A stretch of 64,000 nt of DNA, from positions 2,144,001 to 2,208,000 of the forward strand of contig OY761159.2 of NCBI GenBank assembly GCA_963664395.2. The letters run 5' to 3'. The position numbers and the translations under genes are program-made. Under the pieces are notes generated by a model that had not been told where the DNA came from, did no database searches, and saw nothing but the letters and a program-made list of their open reading frames with translations. The DNA is from Candidatus Binatia bacterium (GTDB lineage Bacteria; Desulfobacterota; Binatia; Bin18). Below are positions 35,353-45,389 of the stretch, piece by piece. How positions within the stretch are numbered: position 1 is the first letter of the stretch; each line of letters opens with the position of its first letter.

Positions 35353-36285
35353 TTACACAGGCTGTTGCATGCCAACCATGGCATAATGCTCAGGCGCAGC
35401 AGTCCGCGGGTCTTTATACATGATGACCCGACACAGTCCGCCAGTTGCCCCTTTTTCGCACACAATGGCCGGCCACGGCGCGCCAATACGCTCGATGGGC
35501 ATGATGGTGTGCATAACTGCGATATGCGCCTGATAGACTGAGACATTGCCATCCAGAAAAGAGAGAGGATGCTGTTCTTTGACGAGGGCGAGATTGAGCG
35601 GTGGTTTGAGGCAGCCCTGCCGAATTTGACGGCCACAACTCCCGCACGGGTCTTGGAAAAGAGTAAATTTTTCGCCGTCTTCTTCGATTCTGAGTGTGGC
35701 AAAATTTCCGAGCAAAAGGGCGACCCAGCTCCGGAGCCGTGCTGTGGCATCATGCGTAATGTCGTCCATCATCCACGGCATCCAGCGCTTATCACTGCTG
35801 AAGCGTAGACACTGTTCGAGCTCATCAATGCCATACTCCCGGTAGACGTGAGACAGCAGGAGAGAGACCCATTCCCGATAGAGATCGTGCAGGTCTCGAA
35901 AACCCTTCTCCATGTAGTCATAGAATTTTTTGACTTCCTCAACGTCGCCTTTGTCAATGAGCGCGTTCATGCGGTCTATGGCCGACTTGCTACAGTTGAG
36001 GACCTCGCCGACGCTCATATCAAGTTTAAGCGCTTCGGCGAGAACCGCACTAATCGGAGCCGCTTTGGCCAAACCCTCATGACCATGGGTCTCGTAAATG
36101 AATTCCTGCTCCGTAGCCACCCAGTGGTGATAGATATCGTGAAAGGCGAGAAAAGATTCTTCGAGCTCAGCGTACTTCGCCTTCGCCTCTGCTCTGTCTC
36201 CGGTCTCAAGAGCCGCGTACATCTGTTCACGCGGAGGACGGCACATTGCATCGAGCTCGTCTTGGGTAAAGAGCCGAGTTGTCAT
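35353..36285 (-). CDS. Hypothetical protein with duplicated HDxY helical repeat and DPCGSCG motif
   Basis: 310-aa ORF with an RBS, co-oriented downstream of glcF. Confidence 0.75.
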   Translation of the reverse strand: MTTRLFTQDELDAMCRPPREQMYAALETGDRAEAKAKYAELEESFLAFHDIYHHWVATEQEFIYETHGHEGLAKAAPISAVLAEALKLDMSVGEVLNCSKSAIDRMNALIDKGDVEEVKKFYDYMEKGFRDLHDLYREWVSLLLSHVYREYGIDELEQCLRFSSDKRWMPWMMDDITHDATARLRSWVALLLGNFATLRIEEDGEKFTLFQDPCGSCGRQIRQGCLKPPLNLALVKEQHPLSFLDGNVSVYQAHIAVMHTIMPIERIGAPWPAIVCEKGATGGLCRVIMYKDPRTAAPEHYAMVGMQQPV

Positions 36286-36338
36286 ATTTGTCCCCTTTTG
36301 GGTCGGACCTCTTGTTGATCTATTCCCGATAGTGTTGA

Positions 36339-37598
36339 CTACTCTTCGTAGGCTTGTGCCAATAAATCAATGGTATGCACGGCTTGAATCGGCAGGCCAT
36401 GCTGCTGTAAGCCAGCCCGTATCTGCATTAAACAGCCGGGATTGCCGGTCACGACCACGTCGGCTTCAGTTGCCTGAATATGCCCGACTTTACGCTCCAG
36501 CAGTCGGGCCGCCATCTCCGGTTGGGTCAGATTATACGTGCCGGCACTGCCGCAGCACCAATCTGACTCGGGTAAGTTGACAAACGTCAGCCCAGGAATG
36601 GCCCGCAGCAGTGCACGAGGTTGCTCACGGACACCTTGTCCATGCGCCAAGTGACAGGCGTCATGGTAGGTGACCTTTGCTCTGACCTCTCGGGTTGGTG
36701 GTGTAAGCGGAATACTCCCAACAAACTCAGCCACGTCTTTCATTTTTTCGGTGAGGCGTTCTGCCTTGTCCCGGTAAGCAGGGTCGTCTTTGAACAGCTC
36801 GCCGTACTCTTTCATCATCGCTCCGCAGCCAGCGGAGTTGATAATAAGAGCGTCCAGCTCAAGTTTGCCGAAGACGTCAATATTATGTCTGGCCAGCGAC
36901 AGGGCATTCAGCTTATCCCCATTATGCAAGAGGAGCGCCCCACAGCAGGATTGGGCCTTGGGAACCAGGACTTCACAGCCATTATGGCGGAGCACTTTCA
37001 CCGTGGACTGGTTGGTTGCCCCAAAGACCGTAGACATGACACAACCCGATAGCACGGCAACGGTGTGGCGTTTTTCACCAATCGCGGGGTAGCGCTCTAA
37101 TAGTGGTGCAGAAGATACGGTTCCACGTTCCGGCAAGAGCCCCAGCCAATAGCGAAGTTTTACCGGCATTGCTTCAGAGCGCGCAAAACGCGCCAATCCA
37201 AGGGCGGCGCCGACTTTGAGGGAAAGCGCGAAAAGGCGGGCCCCCAACGGATTGGGGAAGGTCTTGTTCATCATCCAGCGCTTTACTCGTTCCAGCAAAG
37301 GCCGGCGATAGTGTTGCTCAATAAAGGGCCGGACGCCTTCGATGAGTTCTCCATACCGCACCCCGGATGGACAAGCGGTTTCACACGCCCGACACCCCAG
37401 GCACAGATCAAGATGCCCAACGATCTCAGCGTCGAGCTGCGCATGCCCCTCTTGAAGCGCGCGCATCATCACGATGCGTCCCCGAGGGGAGTCCATCTCC
37501 GTACCTAATTCGACATAGGTTGGACACGAGGCCAGACACAGCCCACAGTGCACGCAGTCAAAGAATTTTTCGTGGTCAACAAAAGAGACGTTTTCCAT
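36339..37598 (-). CDS. glcF: Glycolate oxidase iron-sulfur subunit
   Basis: CVHCGLCLASCP, CLGCRACETACP and two CCG domains. Confidence 0.88.
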   Translation of the reverse strand: MENVSFVDHEKFFDCVHCGLCLASCPTYVELGTEMDSPRGRIVMMRALQEGHAQLDAEIVGHLDLCLGCRACETACPSGVRYGELIEGVRPFIEQHYRRPLLERVKRWMMNKTFPNPLGARLFALSLKVGAALGLARFARSEAMPVKLRYWLGLLPERGTVSSAPLLERYPAIGEKRHTVAVLSGCVMSTVFGATNQSTVKVLRHNGCEVLVPKAQSCCGALLLHNGDKLNALSLARHNIDVFGKLELDALIINSAGCGAMMKEYGELFKDDPAYRDKAERLTEKMKDVAEFVGSIPLTPPTREVRAKVTYHDACHLAHGQGVREQPRALLRAIPGLTFVNLPESDWCCGSAGTYNLTQPEMAARLLERKVGHIQATEADVVVTGNPGCLMQIRAGLQQHGLPIQAVHTIDLLAQAYEE

Positions 37599-37653
37599 AG
37601 AGAGCAGTCAACCTTATAAAAATGAGCCAGGAGTCTATAAAACGTAAAAATTC

Positions 37654-38922
37654 CTATATTCCACCAATAAAGCGACCGGGGTTCAAAATACGGTTGGGGT
37701 CCAGGGTCTCTTTGAGCCGTTGCATAAGTGGAAACGCTTTTCCCACCGTGCCCCATACATTCGCCCGTTCCTTGAGCGCCGATGGGATCTCTTCCACGAC
37801 GGCAAAGCCATTATTGCGAGCTGCCTGGACACGTATCCAGTCAACAAGAGCCAGGAGCTGGTTATCGGGGACGGCCTCCCCTTCAAAGGCCGTGTACAGG
37901 ATGCCGTTCCCGGCCCGGGCCAGTAAACGGACCGGAATCTGACGGCGCTGAGCTTCCGCCGCCAGGTCCGCACAGAACGTCGCCAGCTGGGTTGGCTGAA
38001 GGCTCACTTTACACCGAAGCGCAGCTTGACCGGACACTGGAAAATCCCGGAGGGCCTGAGAGAGCGTCTGCGCCTCGTCGGCACTCAACTCCTCAACAAC
38101 ACATTCGTCATCCCCAAGGACAGCACGGAGGCGACTGCGCTGCTCATCGACTTCTTCCTGAATCCCGGCAAAGCCGACGAAGAGGAGGTAACCTGGAGGG
38201 AGTGGACCCCCTGACAGGGGGTGTGACGGGACCGGAGAAAAATTGGCCAGTTCAAGGAAAAAGGGCTGGATATCCGAGCCAGTCAATTTCAGCGCTGCTT
38301 CTCCGGCTTTTTCAGCAGATGAGAACGTTAGGGCGAGCGTTGTTTGGGCTTCAGGGCGGGGACGGATCATAAATGTGGCTTCGACAATAACGCCGAGCGT
38401 TCCAAACGACCCACAATAGAGTTTCGGCAAATCATAGCCGGCAACATTTTTGACTACTTGCCCGCCCCCCTTAATCAGTGTCCCATCCGAGCGAACGACG
38501 CGGAGGCCAATCAGAAAATCGCGGACTGTGCCTTGAGAGAATCGAGACGGACCATTGAGATTGGCAGCAATGAGTCCGCCGACCGTCGCCCGCTCCGGAC
38601 AAGGTGGGTCGAGTGGCAGCCATTGACGGTTTTCCCCAAGAACAGCCTGGAGTTGGGCCAGAGACATACCGGCCCCAACTCTAACGGTCATATCTGCAGG
38701 CTGGTAGTCTACGAGCGTATTCAGCGCCGTCGTACACAGCGCCTGCTCATACCGTTTCGGTACGCCGCCAAGGTGGAGGAACGCGCCGTGCCCCACCGGG
38801 CTTATGGCGCGGCCGTGTTCATTCGCCTCTTTCAGCAGTTGCGAGACTTCTGCAATCGATGTGGGATAGACCACAGTCTCGGGCGCTTTCCCATCGATTA
38901 TAAACTGGTCGGCCTCCCTCAT
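37654..38922 (-). CDS. glcE: Glycolate oxidase FAD-binding subunit
   Basis: GGQVVKNVAGYDL, GSFGTLGVI and LDPNRILNPG. Confidence 0.85.
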   Translation of the reverse strand: MREADQFIIDGKAPETVVYPTSIAEVSQLLKEANEHGRAISPVGHGAFLHLGGVPKRYEQALCTTALNTLVDYQPADMTVRVGAGMSLAQLQAVLGENRQWLPLDPPCPERATVGGLIAANLNGPSRFSQGTVRDFLIGLRVVRSDGTLIKGGGQVVKNVAGYDLPKLYCGSFGTLGVIVEATFMIRPRPEAQTTLALTFSSAEKAGEAALKLTGSDIQPFFLELANFSPVPSHPLSGGPLPPGYLLFVGFAGIQEEVDEQRSRLRAVLGDDECVVEELSADEAQTLSQALRDFPVSGQAALRCKVSLQPTQLATFCADLAAEAQRRQIPVRLLARAGNGILYTAFEGEAVPDNQLLALVDWIRVQAARNNGFAVVEEIPSALKERANVWGTVGKAFPLMQRLKETLDPNRILNPGRFIGGI

Positions 38923-38948
38923 CAGTTTGGCTTTCTCTCAAAAAGTCT

Positions 38949-40385
38949 CTAGAGCGGGACCTGGCGTCGAGGCGTCGTTACGTCAATACAGCCACCGGGC
39001 GTAGGGATAATTTTATTGGGATTACACAGGTTGTCCGGATTAAAAACAGACCGGAGCTGGGTCATAACCATCAGATCTTCGGGGCTGAAGAGGAGCGGCA
39101 TCTGGCCCATCTTTTCGACGCCAATGCCGTGCTCGCCCGTCAGACTTCCCCCTAGGTCTATACATGCGTTCAAGATTTCCTTCCCCGCTTTGACCACGCG
39201 CCGGGTTTCGTCTGCATTGCGCTCGTCATACATCAGAATCGGATGGATATTGCCGTCTCCCGCGTGGAACACATTGGCAATCCGCAGTTGATACTTTTCT
39301 GAAATCTCAGTAATCCGCTGCAGAATGTCCGGAACCTTAGTGCGAGGGACTACGCCATCTTGGGTGCAATAATTTGGTGATAAACGGCCAATGGCACCAA
39401 AGGCACGCTTGCGACTCTTCCAGAGCGCCATACGTTCGGCATCATTCTGAGCGATCCGTACCTCGCGAGCATTATTGTGTTTGCAGATGGCCTGAATCTG
39501 GGCAGTTTGTGGGTCGAGACTGGCTGCAAGGCCATCAATCTCAATAATCAAAACAGCACCAGCATCGGTCGGGAAGCCGAAGTGAAAGGCTTCTTCGACT
39601 GCTTGGATAATAAGCGTATCCATCATTTCCAGGGCAGCTGGGACAATGCCCGAAGTAATAATACCGGAGACCGTTTGGGTGGCTTGGTGGACCGACTCAA
39701 ACACAGCCAGGAACGTGCGGTAGGCCTGCGGCTGGCGTGTCAGCTTGAGGGCGGCCTGGGTGACAATCCCGAAAGTGCCTTCCGCGCCTATGGTAATGCC
39801 GCGTAAGTCATAGCCGGGAACGTCCTCGACCGTCCCGCCTAGGGTGACGATTTCTCCATCCGGCAGGACGACTTCCAATCCGAGAACATGATTGGTCGTG
39901 ACGCCATATTTGAGCGTATGCGGCCCGCCGGAATTTTCTGCGATGTTGCCGCCGATGGTGCACGCCTGCTGGCTGGACGGGTCAGGCGCATACTGAAGGC
40001 CGTGATCTTTCACCGCATTACTCACCCACAGATTCACTACACCGGACTGGGCCACAACGTAGCGATTGAGAAGATCAATGTGTACGATTTTATTGAGTCG
40101 GCTGGTGCCGATCATGACTGGCGCTTCAACCGGCAGACAGCCGCCACTGAGGCCGGTCCCGGCGCCGCGCGGGACAAAGGCGATCTTTTCTTTGTTCAGA
40201 AATTTTACGACAGCCGCCACTTCTTCGGTCGAGTGAGGGAGAACGACGACCTCAGGCACCGCCTTCTCTAATGTGTACCCATCGCAGTCGTATACCGAGA
40301 GGGAATTTTTATTGGCCACGACCCCATCAGGACCAACGAGTTCACACAGCCGATCCAAGAATTTCCGATCGATTTTCTGATCCAC
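38949..40385 (-). CDS. glcD: Glycolate oxidase subunit GlcD
   Basis: PRGAGTGLSGG, PDPSSQ, HAGDGNIHP and GEHGIG. Confidence 0.9.
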   Translation of the reverse strand: MDQKIDRKFLDRLCELVGPDGVVANKNSLSVYDCDGYTLEKAVPEVVVLPHSTEEVAAVVKFLNKEKIAFVPRGAGTGLSGGCLPVEAPVMIGTSRLNKIVHIDLLNRYVVAQSGVVNLWVSNAVKDHGLQYAPDPSSQQACTIGGNIAENSGGPHTLKYGVTTNHVLGLEVVLPDGEIVTLGGTVEDVPGYDLRGITIGAEGTFGIVTQAALKLTRQPQAYRTFLAVFESVHQATQTVSGIITSGIVPAALEMMDTLIIQAVEEAFHFGFPTDAGAVLIIEIDGLAASLDPQTAQIQAICKHNNAREVRIAQNDAERMALWKSRKRAFGAIGRLSPNYCTQDGVVPRTKVPDILQRITEISEKYQLRIANVFHAGDGNIHPILMYDERNADETRRVVKAGKEILNACIDLGGSLTGEHGIGVEKMGQMPLLFSPEDLMVMTQLRSVFNPDNLCNPNKIIPTPGGCIDVTTPRRQVPL

Positions 40386-40411
40386 GAGAGCTCCTTCGCA
40401 TTGCCTCCGAA

Positions 40412-40861
40412 CTATACTGGCCGGCGGCGGATCATCCGTTTGACCGTGTACTCAAGTAAAACAGTGTCCTCCTGATTAATGACCTGGGTCAACGAAGTGA
40501 CCACCCCACGGTCAGGTTTTGAGGTCTCGCGCTTACCAAGAATCTGTACTTTGACATGCACGGTGTCTCCGCAGCGTAATGGTGCCGGGATTTTCATGTC
40601 TCCAATTCCGAGGAGAGCCATGCCGCCCTTTGCCATACCAGACTGCACAGTCAGGCCCTCAGCAAGGGCAAAGGTGAACGAGCCCGGCGATATCCGGCCT
40701 TCAAACAGGCTGTTGTTTTTGACGAACTGCATGTCCATGAATAAGGGCTCGTGAAAGCCGAACAGGTTCACGAAGTTGACGATATCCGCTTCGGTTATTG
40801 TTCGAGCCTTGGTCTCAAACTCCGCGCCGATTTCATACTCTTCAAAGTATTCGAGTGCCAT
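40412..40861 (-). CDS. MaoC-family dehydratase
   Basis: RTITEADIVNF..HEPLFMD and ETSKPDRGVV. Confidence 0.85.
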   Translation of the reverse strand: MALEYFEEYEIGAEFETKARTITEADIVNFVNLFGFHEPLFMDMQFVKNNSLFEGRISPGSFTFALAEGLTVQSGMAKGGMALLGIGDMKIPAPLRCGDTVHVKVQILGKRETSKPDRGVVTSLTQVINQEDTVLLEYTVKRMIRRRPV

Positions 40862-40976
40862 ATCATTTCCTCGGGAAAAGCGTCAGCAGGAAGTCTGCGT
40901 GCTTATGCCGGAGAAGTCAACAACGAACGAGGCGGGGTGTTGACAATTGGTCCGCTCTCGCGTTGTTTTAGCCGCT

Positions 40977-42056
40977 ATGAAAAAGCGTGTCGCCGTTGTT
41001 GGAGCAACTGGGATTGCGGGTCAGCAATTCCTCGTTGCGCTTCAGGACCATCCCTGGTTTGAGGTTGCTTTGCTGGCTGCGTCAGAGCGCTCAGCAGGCA
41101 AAAGCTATGCAGAAGCTATCCGCGATTCCAAAACCGGAGCGCGGCGCTGGTGGTGCGAGGTAGAACCACCGCCGCCCATGCTGACGCTTCCTGTCCACGA
41201 AGCCTCGGCTCTGGACCTGAGCGGGATTGATCTCGTTTTTACGGCTGTCGAATCAGGACCGGCACGAGAACTTGAACCGGTGTATGCCAGAACGACCCCG
41301 GTGGTCAGCACGGCCTCGGCGTTCCGACAAGAAGCGGACGTTCCGCTCCTTATTCCGGGTGTCAATCTGGATCATATCGCCCTGATTGATACGCAAAAGA
41401 AAAATCGTGACTGGCAAGGCTATATCGTCACTCAGCCCAACTGTACCACCATAGGTCTGGCTATTACCCTCAGGCCGCTGTTTGATCAATTCGGTCTGAA
41501 AAAGGTCATCATGACCTCTATGCAGGGGCTGTCCGGGGCCGGTCGCTCGCCCGGGGTGATCGCAATGGATACCATAGACAACGTCATTCCGTTCATTTCT
41601 GGCGAGGAAGAGAAAGTCGAAAAGGAAGGGCACAAAATTCTTGGCACCTTCGAGAATGGAGCCATTGTCCCAGCTAACTTTCTCGTCAGTGCGACATGTA
41701 CTCGCGTACCGGTTCTTGAAGGCCATACCGAGGCACTGCTGGTTTCTATGGATACACCCTGCTCAGTCGCTGATGTCCGGGCAGCTATGGTCGGATTTGG
41801 CAAAGAGTTTATCGAACTGGGCCTGCCTTCTTCTCCGCGGCATATGATTATCGTGCACGATGACCCATTTCGACCCCAGCCGCGCTTGGACCGTGATGCG
41901 GAAGACGGCATGGCTACCTCGGTTGGTCGTCTGCGGCCAGATCATGCCCTTGAGAATGCGGTGAAATATATTCTTGTCAGCCACAATACCAAGATGGGGG
42001 CGGCCAAAGGCGCGGTACTCACAGCGGAGTATCTATATCAGAAGGGGTATGTGTAG
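40977..42056 (+). CDS. asd: Aspartate-semialdehyde dehydrogenase
   Basis: VGATGIAGQ, QPNCTT, MQGLSGAG, CTRVPVLEGH and HNTKMGAA. Confidence 0.92.
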   Translation: MKKRVAVVGATGIAGQQFLVALQDHPWFEVALLAASERSAGKSYAEAIRDSKTGARRWWCEVEPPPPMLTLPVHEASALDLSGIDLVFTAVESGPARELEPVYARTTPVVSTASAFRQEADVPLLIPGVNLDHIALIDTQKKNRDWQGYIVTQPNCTTIGLAITLRPLFDQFGLKKVIMTSMQGLSGAGRSPGVIAMDTIDNVIPFISGEEEKVEKEGHKILGTFENGAIVPANFLVSATCTRVPVLEGHTEALLVSMDTPCSVADVRAAMVGFGKEFIELGLPSSPRHMIIVHDDPFRPQPRLDRDAEDGMATSVGRLRPDHALENAVKYILVSHNTKMGAAKGAVLTAEYLYQKGYV

Positions 42057-42087
42057 TTCCGTAAAAGAACGGAGTAGATATATACCA

Positions 42088-42486
42088 ATGCTAAGTAAAA
42101 TGATTCTCTTTGCGGCCCTGCTCCTGGGCCTGAGAGCGTGTGCCCCGACCACGGCGCGATACCACATTCAACTACCGACAGACACCCAACTCTCGTGTGA
42201 CGAGCTATGGGAGGCTAGGCGCCAAGTGGCTCTCACAGGGATAGACGCCTATCAGAACGGGCACTCGGAGAGCGTACTAGACCTCAATCTCCGATTACGC
42301 TGGCTCAAGGGTTTGTATAAAGGGAAAGGGTGCCTGGAAGAAGAGCGGCTTGGGTGTCTCAGGCTAGACAGTTTTTCGCGCCAGCTAACCGGCTACTCGG
42401 TTGAGGAATACTTGAGTATATACGGGGTACCTCCCGATATGGATTACAGCGTCTTAGAGCGGTGCAGAAAAGTAACCGGGAATTGA
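42088..42486 (+). CDS. Hypothetical exported/lipoprotein, Cys-containing
   Basis: Signal-like N-terminus ending RAC, and LSCDEL. Confidence 0.5.
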   Translation: MLSKMILFAALLLGLRACAPTTARYHIQLPTDTQLSCDELWEARRQVALTGIDAYQNGHSESVLDLNLRLRWLKGLYKGKGCLEEERLGCLRLDSFSRQLTGYSVEEYLSIYGVPPDMDYSVLERCRKVTGN

Positions 42487-42516
42487 CGTTGATATGTGTA
42501 GTTCAGTACGCCCATC

Positions 42517-43542
42517 TTGAAACAGCATACTGCCTCGATGCCCACATCCTTCGCCGGCGTTGCCTTTGTCTTGTTCGGTCCCAAGCGCGTGTATGCTTCC
42601 GTTGAGAAAACAACGGAAGTGCTGGTCATTGTGGTCACGGTCGGCCTTGGTCTCGTGGCCTGTGTTGTTGGCAATACGGAAACGTGGGCAGAGCTGGGAC
42701 GCGGGATGCTGAATTTCCCGTTCAAGCATCCAGATATGCCGACGTATATTCTGTTCTCTTCGGTTGTTTTTGCTGGAGCTGGGGGTACCGCGAATCTCTT
42801 TTTCTCGTTCTATATTCGAGACAAAGGCTGGGGCATGGGCGCGCTTATGCCCAAAGTGGTGAATCCGCTCCGAGCGCAGGAGGACGTTGCTTCAGAGCAG
42901 GCGTTTCAGATTGACGCAACCGAGTCCAACCTTGCGCGCTGGCGTGAATGGTTCAGACATTTGTCTTGGGATCAAATGCTCTTTTTCTGGCTGCTCAACA
43001 CTTTTACCATTCTCTTGTTTATCTTTGGGGCGCTGGCGGTGCTGCATCCGCAAGGCATTGTACCAAGCCAAGAAATGCTGGTCTGGGAGGAAGCCGAAAT
43101 TTTAGGCAGCGTGGGAGGAGGACTCGGAAAAACCCTCTTTCTTTTAGTCGGGATCGCGTGTTTGTTCAGCACCCAACTAACGCTTATCGATGGGGTTGCC
43201 CGTACAGGCGCAGATATTCTGCACACCAACTATGCCTGGGCGCAAAAGAAGCCGCTGAGTTGGTGGTATGGCGTCATTGCCGTGGGCTGGATCGTACTCG
43301 GTACTTTCTTGACATACGTGTATGAAGGCCTGCCACCCATTCTCTTTTTAATGGGATCAGCGTTTTTTGGTGGGATTGCTATGGCCGTCTACACACCGCT
43401 GACACTGGTGGTCAATCGAAAACTGCTCCCGCCGGCGCTCCGGCCCGGTCCGGCGAAAACTGCTCTTCTTGTCGGAATTAGCTGTTTTTATATTATTTTT
43501 GCCGTCTTTTCGATTGTTCAGCTTGGACAGCAGCTATTATAA
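42517..43542 (+). pseudogene. Nramp-like membrane transporter, apparently lacking its N-terminal part
   Basis: FAGAGGTANL...RDKGWGMG and LFSTQLTLIDGVAR; begins mid-membrane domain with a weak TTG start. Confidence 0.6.
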
Positions 43543-43572
43543 GAAAGGGCGCGGCATGCCGCGCCCTTTCTT
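43541..43572. terminator. Bidirectional terminator (perfect 32-bp palindrome)
   Basis: AAGAAAGGGCGCGGCATGCCGCGCCCTTTCTT between convergent genes. Confidence 0.75.
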
Positions 43573-43590
43573 GCTTGCTCAATTAAGAGT

Positions 43591-43908
43591 TTACACTTTT
43601 GCAGATAGCGTAAACGCGATAACCAGCGCGTAAATAGCCAGCGCCTCGATGAAGGCGATACCGATGATCATCGGGGTCTGGATGCGATCAGCCGCATTTG
43701 GGTTACGGCCAATGGACTCCATGGCGGCAGCCACCGCACGTCCCTGACCCAAGCCTGCGCCAACGGCAGCGATACCGATGCCAAGGCCGGCGGCAAGGGC
43801 AATCATTCCTCTTGAGGAATCGCCTGCTCCGTCAGCCGCGAGGGCAGCGCCAGCGGTTAGCAGCAGCATACATACTGCCAACACCCCAGTTACACATACT
43901 TTCTTCAT
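43591..43908 (-). CDS. atpE: ATP synthase F0 subunit c
   Basis: GxGxGxG motif, RNP loop and FIEALAIY; signal-like N-terminal extension. Confidence 0.95.
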   Translation of the reverse strand: MKKVCVTGVLAVCMLLLTAGAALAADGAGDSSRGMIALAAGLGIGIAAVGAGLGQGRAVAAAMESIGRNPNAADRIQTPMIIGIAFIEALAIYALVIAFTLSAKV

Positions 43909-44036
43909 ACGTCCTACTCCTTTCATGTCCCGATGGCGAAATATAGAGTCTGCCTCCTCTTATCCTCCTCGCCGCTTCATACCCTTTTCGCCACGTAGAC
44001 AATGGGTTTTATTGCACTATTTCTCTTCTCTTTCCC

Positions 44037-44738
44037 CTAGTGATGCTCGCCATGGGCAACGGCCAAGGAGACGTACACCATGCTGAGCAGAGTAAAAACA
44101 AAAGCTTGTACGAGTGAAACAAACGCCCCAAGCGCGTAAAAGATGACCGGAATACCAATTTTCGTCAGATCCGTAAATATCTCTAAAACAACGTGGTCGC
44201 CGGTCATATTCCCAAAGAGTCGCAGGGAAAGAGAGAAGGGACGGACAAAATTGTCAATGAGTTCCAGCGGGATCATCAAAATGCCCAGCCACCAGATCGG
44301 GCCGACAAAATGCTTCAGGTAGGCAAGGCCCCGTTCTTGGAAGGCATAAAAATTATAGGCAACAAAGGAAAGGACGCCTAATGCGAGCGTCACGTTGAAA
44401 TTGCTCGTCGGCGGAGAAAACCCAGGTAAAAGCCCAGAGAGGTTTGAGACCAGAATAAAGAGGAAGAAACTGCCATACAGATGTATATATTTATGCGCTT
44501 GGTCGCCCAGTACGCCCTCGGCCATGTCAGACACGCCTTGGGTAAGGAGCTCGGCCATATTCCGAAAGGTCAGCGAGTCGTCGGGGACAGCCACATCGTC
44601 CGCGGCAGCCAACTGCCTCTTGGCCATGTAAGCAAAGGAAATAAGTATTGCGGAGATGATGAGGGACGTTGCGATATGACCGGGGAGAAGGTTGAGCCCA
44701 GGAATATGATCGACCCATAGAAAGAGATGATGTTCCAT
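44037..44738 (-). CDS. atpB: ATP synthase F0 subunit a
   Basis: RPFSLSLRLFGNM and VQAFVFTLL. Confidence 0.95.
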   Translation of the reverse strand: MEHHLFLWVDHIPGLNLLPGHIATSLIISAILISFAYMAKRQLAAADDVAVPDDSLTFRNMAELLTQGVSDMAEGVLGDQAHKYIHLYGSFFLFILVSNLSGLLPGFSPPTSNFNVTLALGVLSFVAYNFYAFQERGLAYLKHFVGPIWWLGILMIPLELIDNFVRPFSLSLRLFGNMTGDHVVLEIFTDLTKIGIPVIFYALGAFVSLVQAFVFTLLSMVYVSLAVAHGEHH

Positions 44739-44741
44739 AGA

Positions 44742-45146
44742 TTAGCGTGGGGTAAAGGGGTGTTCAGACTGCTCCTCTGATCTGCTCAGGCCGATTATCA
44801 TGCAGGCAATAAGCAGTAAAGGGACCCCCGCTACAAAACTCTTGGCATCAATAGGGTAATGAAAAAGAACAGCACTTAAAAGCAATAAATAAAATCCCGC
44901 TTTGGCAGCGAGCCACAGCGCAACATGAGTTTTACTGTTCAGACGTGAGTCCCCTGAACCCTGCGAATCGACTGAAGCGAGTGCAGAGCGGACAACTTTT
45001 TTGAGCAGCCAGAAATTGGCCTGCATCACTCCGCCGCCAAGTAAAAAGCTGGGCACATGAATAATTCCCGCTATCCCGCCTATAGCTGCACCAGCCCCAA
45101 CTAAAACAAGATTCAGGACTTCTATTTTCTCAATTGTCTTCTTCAC
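44742..45146 (-). CDS. atpI: ATP synthase subunit I-like membrane protein
   Basis: Four-TM protein directly upstream of atpB. Confidence 0.7.
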   Translation of the reverse strand: MKKTIEKIEVLNLVLVGAGAAIGGIAGIIHVPSFLLGGGVMQANFWLLKKVVRSALASVDSQGSGDSRLNSKTHVALWLAAKAGFYLLLLSAVLFHYPIDAKSFVAGVPLLLIACMIIGLSRSEEQSEHPFTPR

Positions 45147-45384
45147 GAGCAGAAAGCCGCCGGAGAACGATTATCAGACGATATATCGCTCCTGCCATAC
45201 CAAAGATCACTCCAATGACCATGAGGAAAGGCGCTGTACCGAACCGGGTGTCCGCATAGTTTCCAATAAAGAGACCGGCGATAATGGCTCCGGCAAACTC
45301 AAACCCAAGCGCACCATACCTTCCGTAGGCGGCGAAAATATGATTGGAGGACACGTTTCCTCTTTGTGGACTTTTCTTAGCCAT
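45130..45384 (-). CDS. AtpZ/AtpI family protein
   Basis: GLFIGNYADTRFGTAP motif and operon position. Confidence 0.8.
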   Translation of the reverse strand: MAKKSPQRGNVSSNHIFAAYGRYGALGFEFAGAIIAGLFIGNYADTRFGTAPFLMVIGVIFGMAGAIYRLIIVLRRLSAREEDN

Positions 45385-45389
45385 TTTGC

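Noticed and set aside
43591-45384. F0 genes without atpF/atpH or F1 genes
   Set aside because: Split atp operons are well known in deltaproteobacterial-type genomes.
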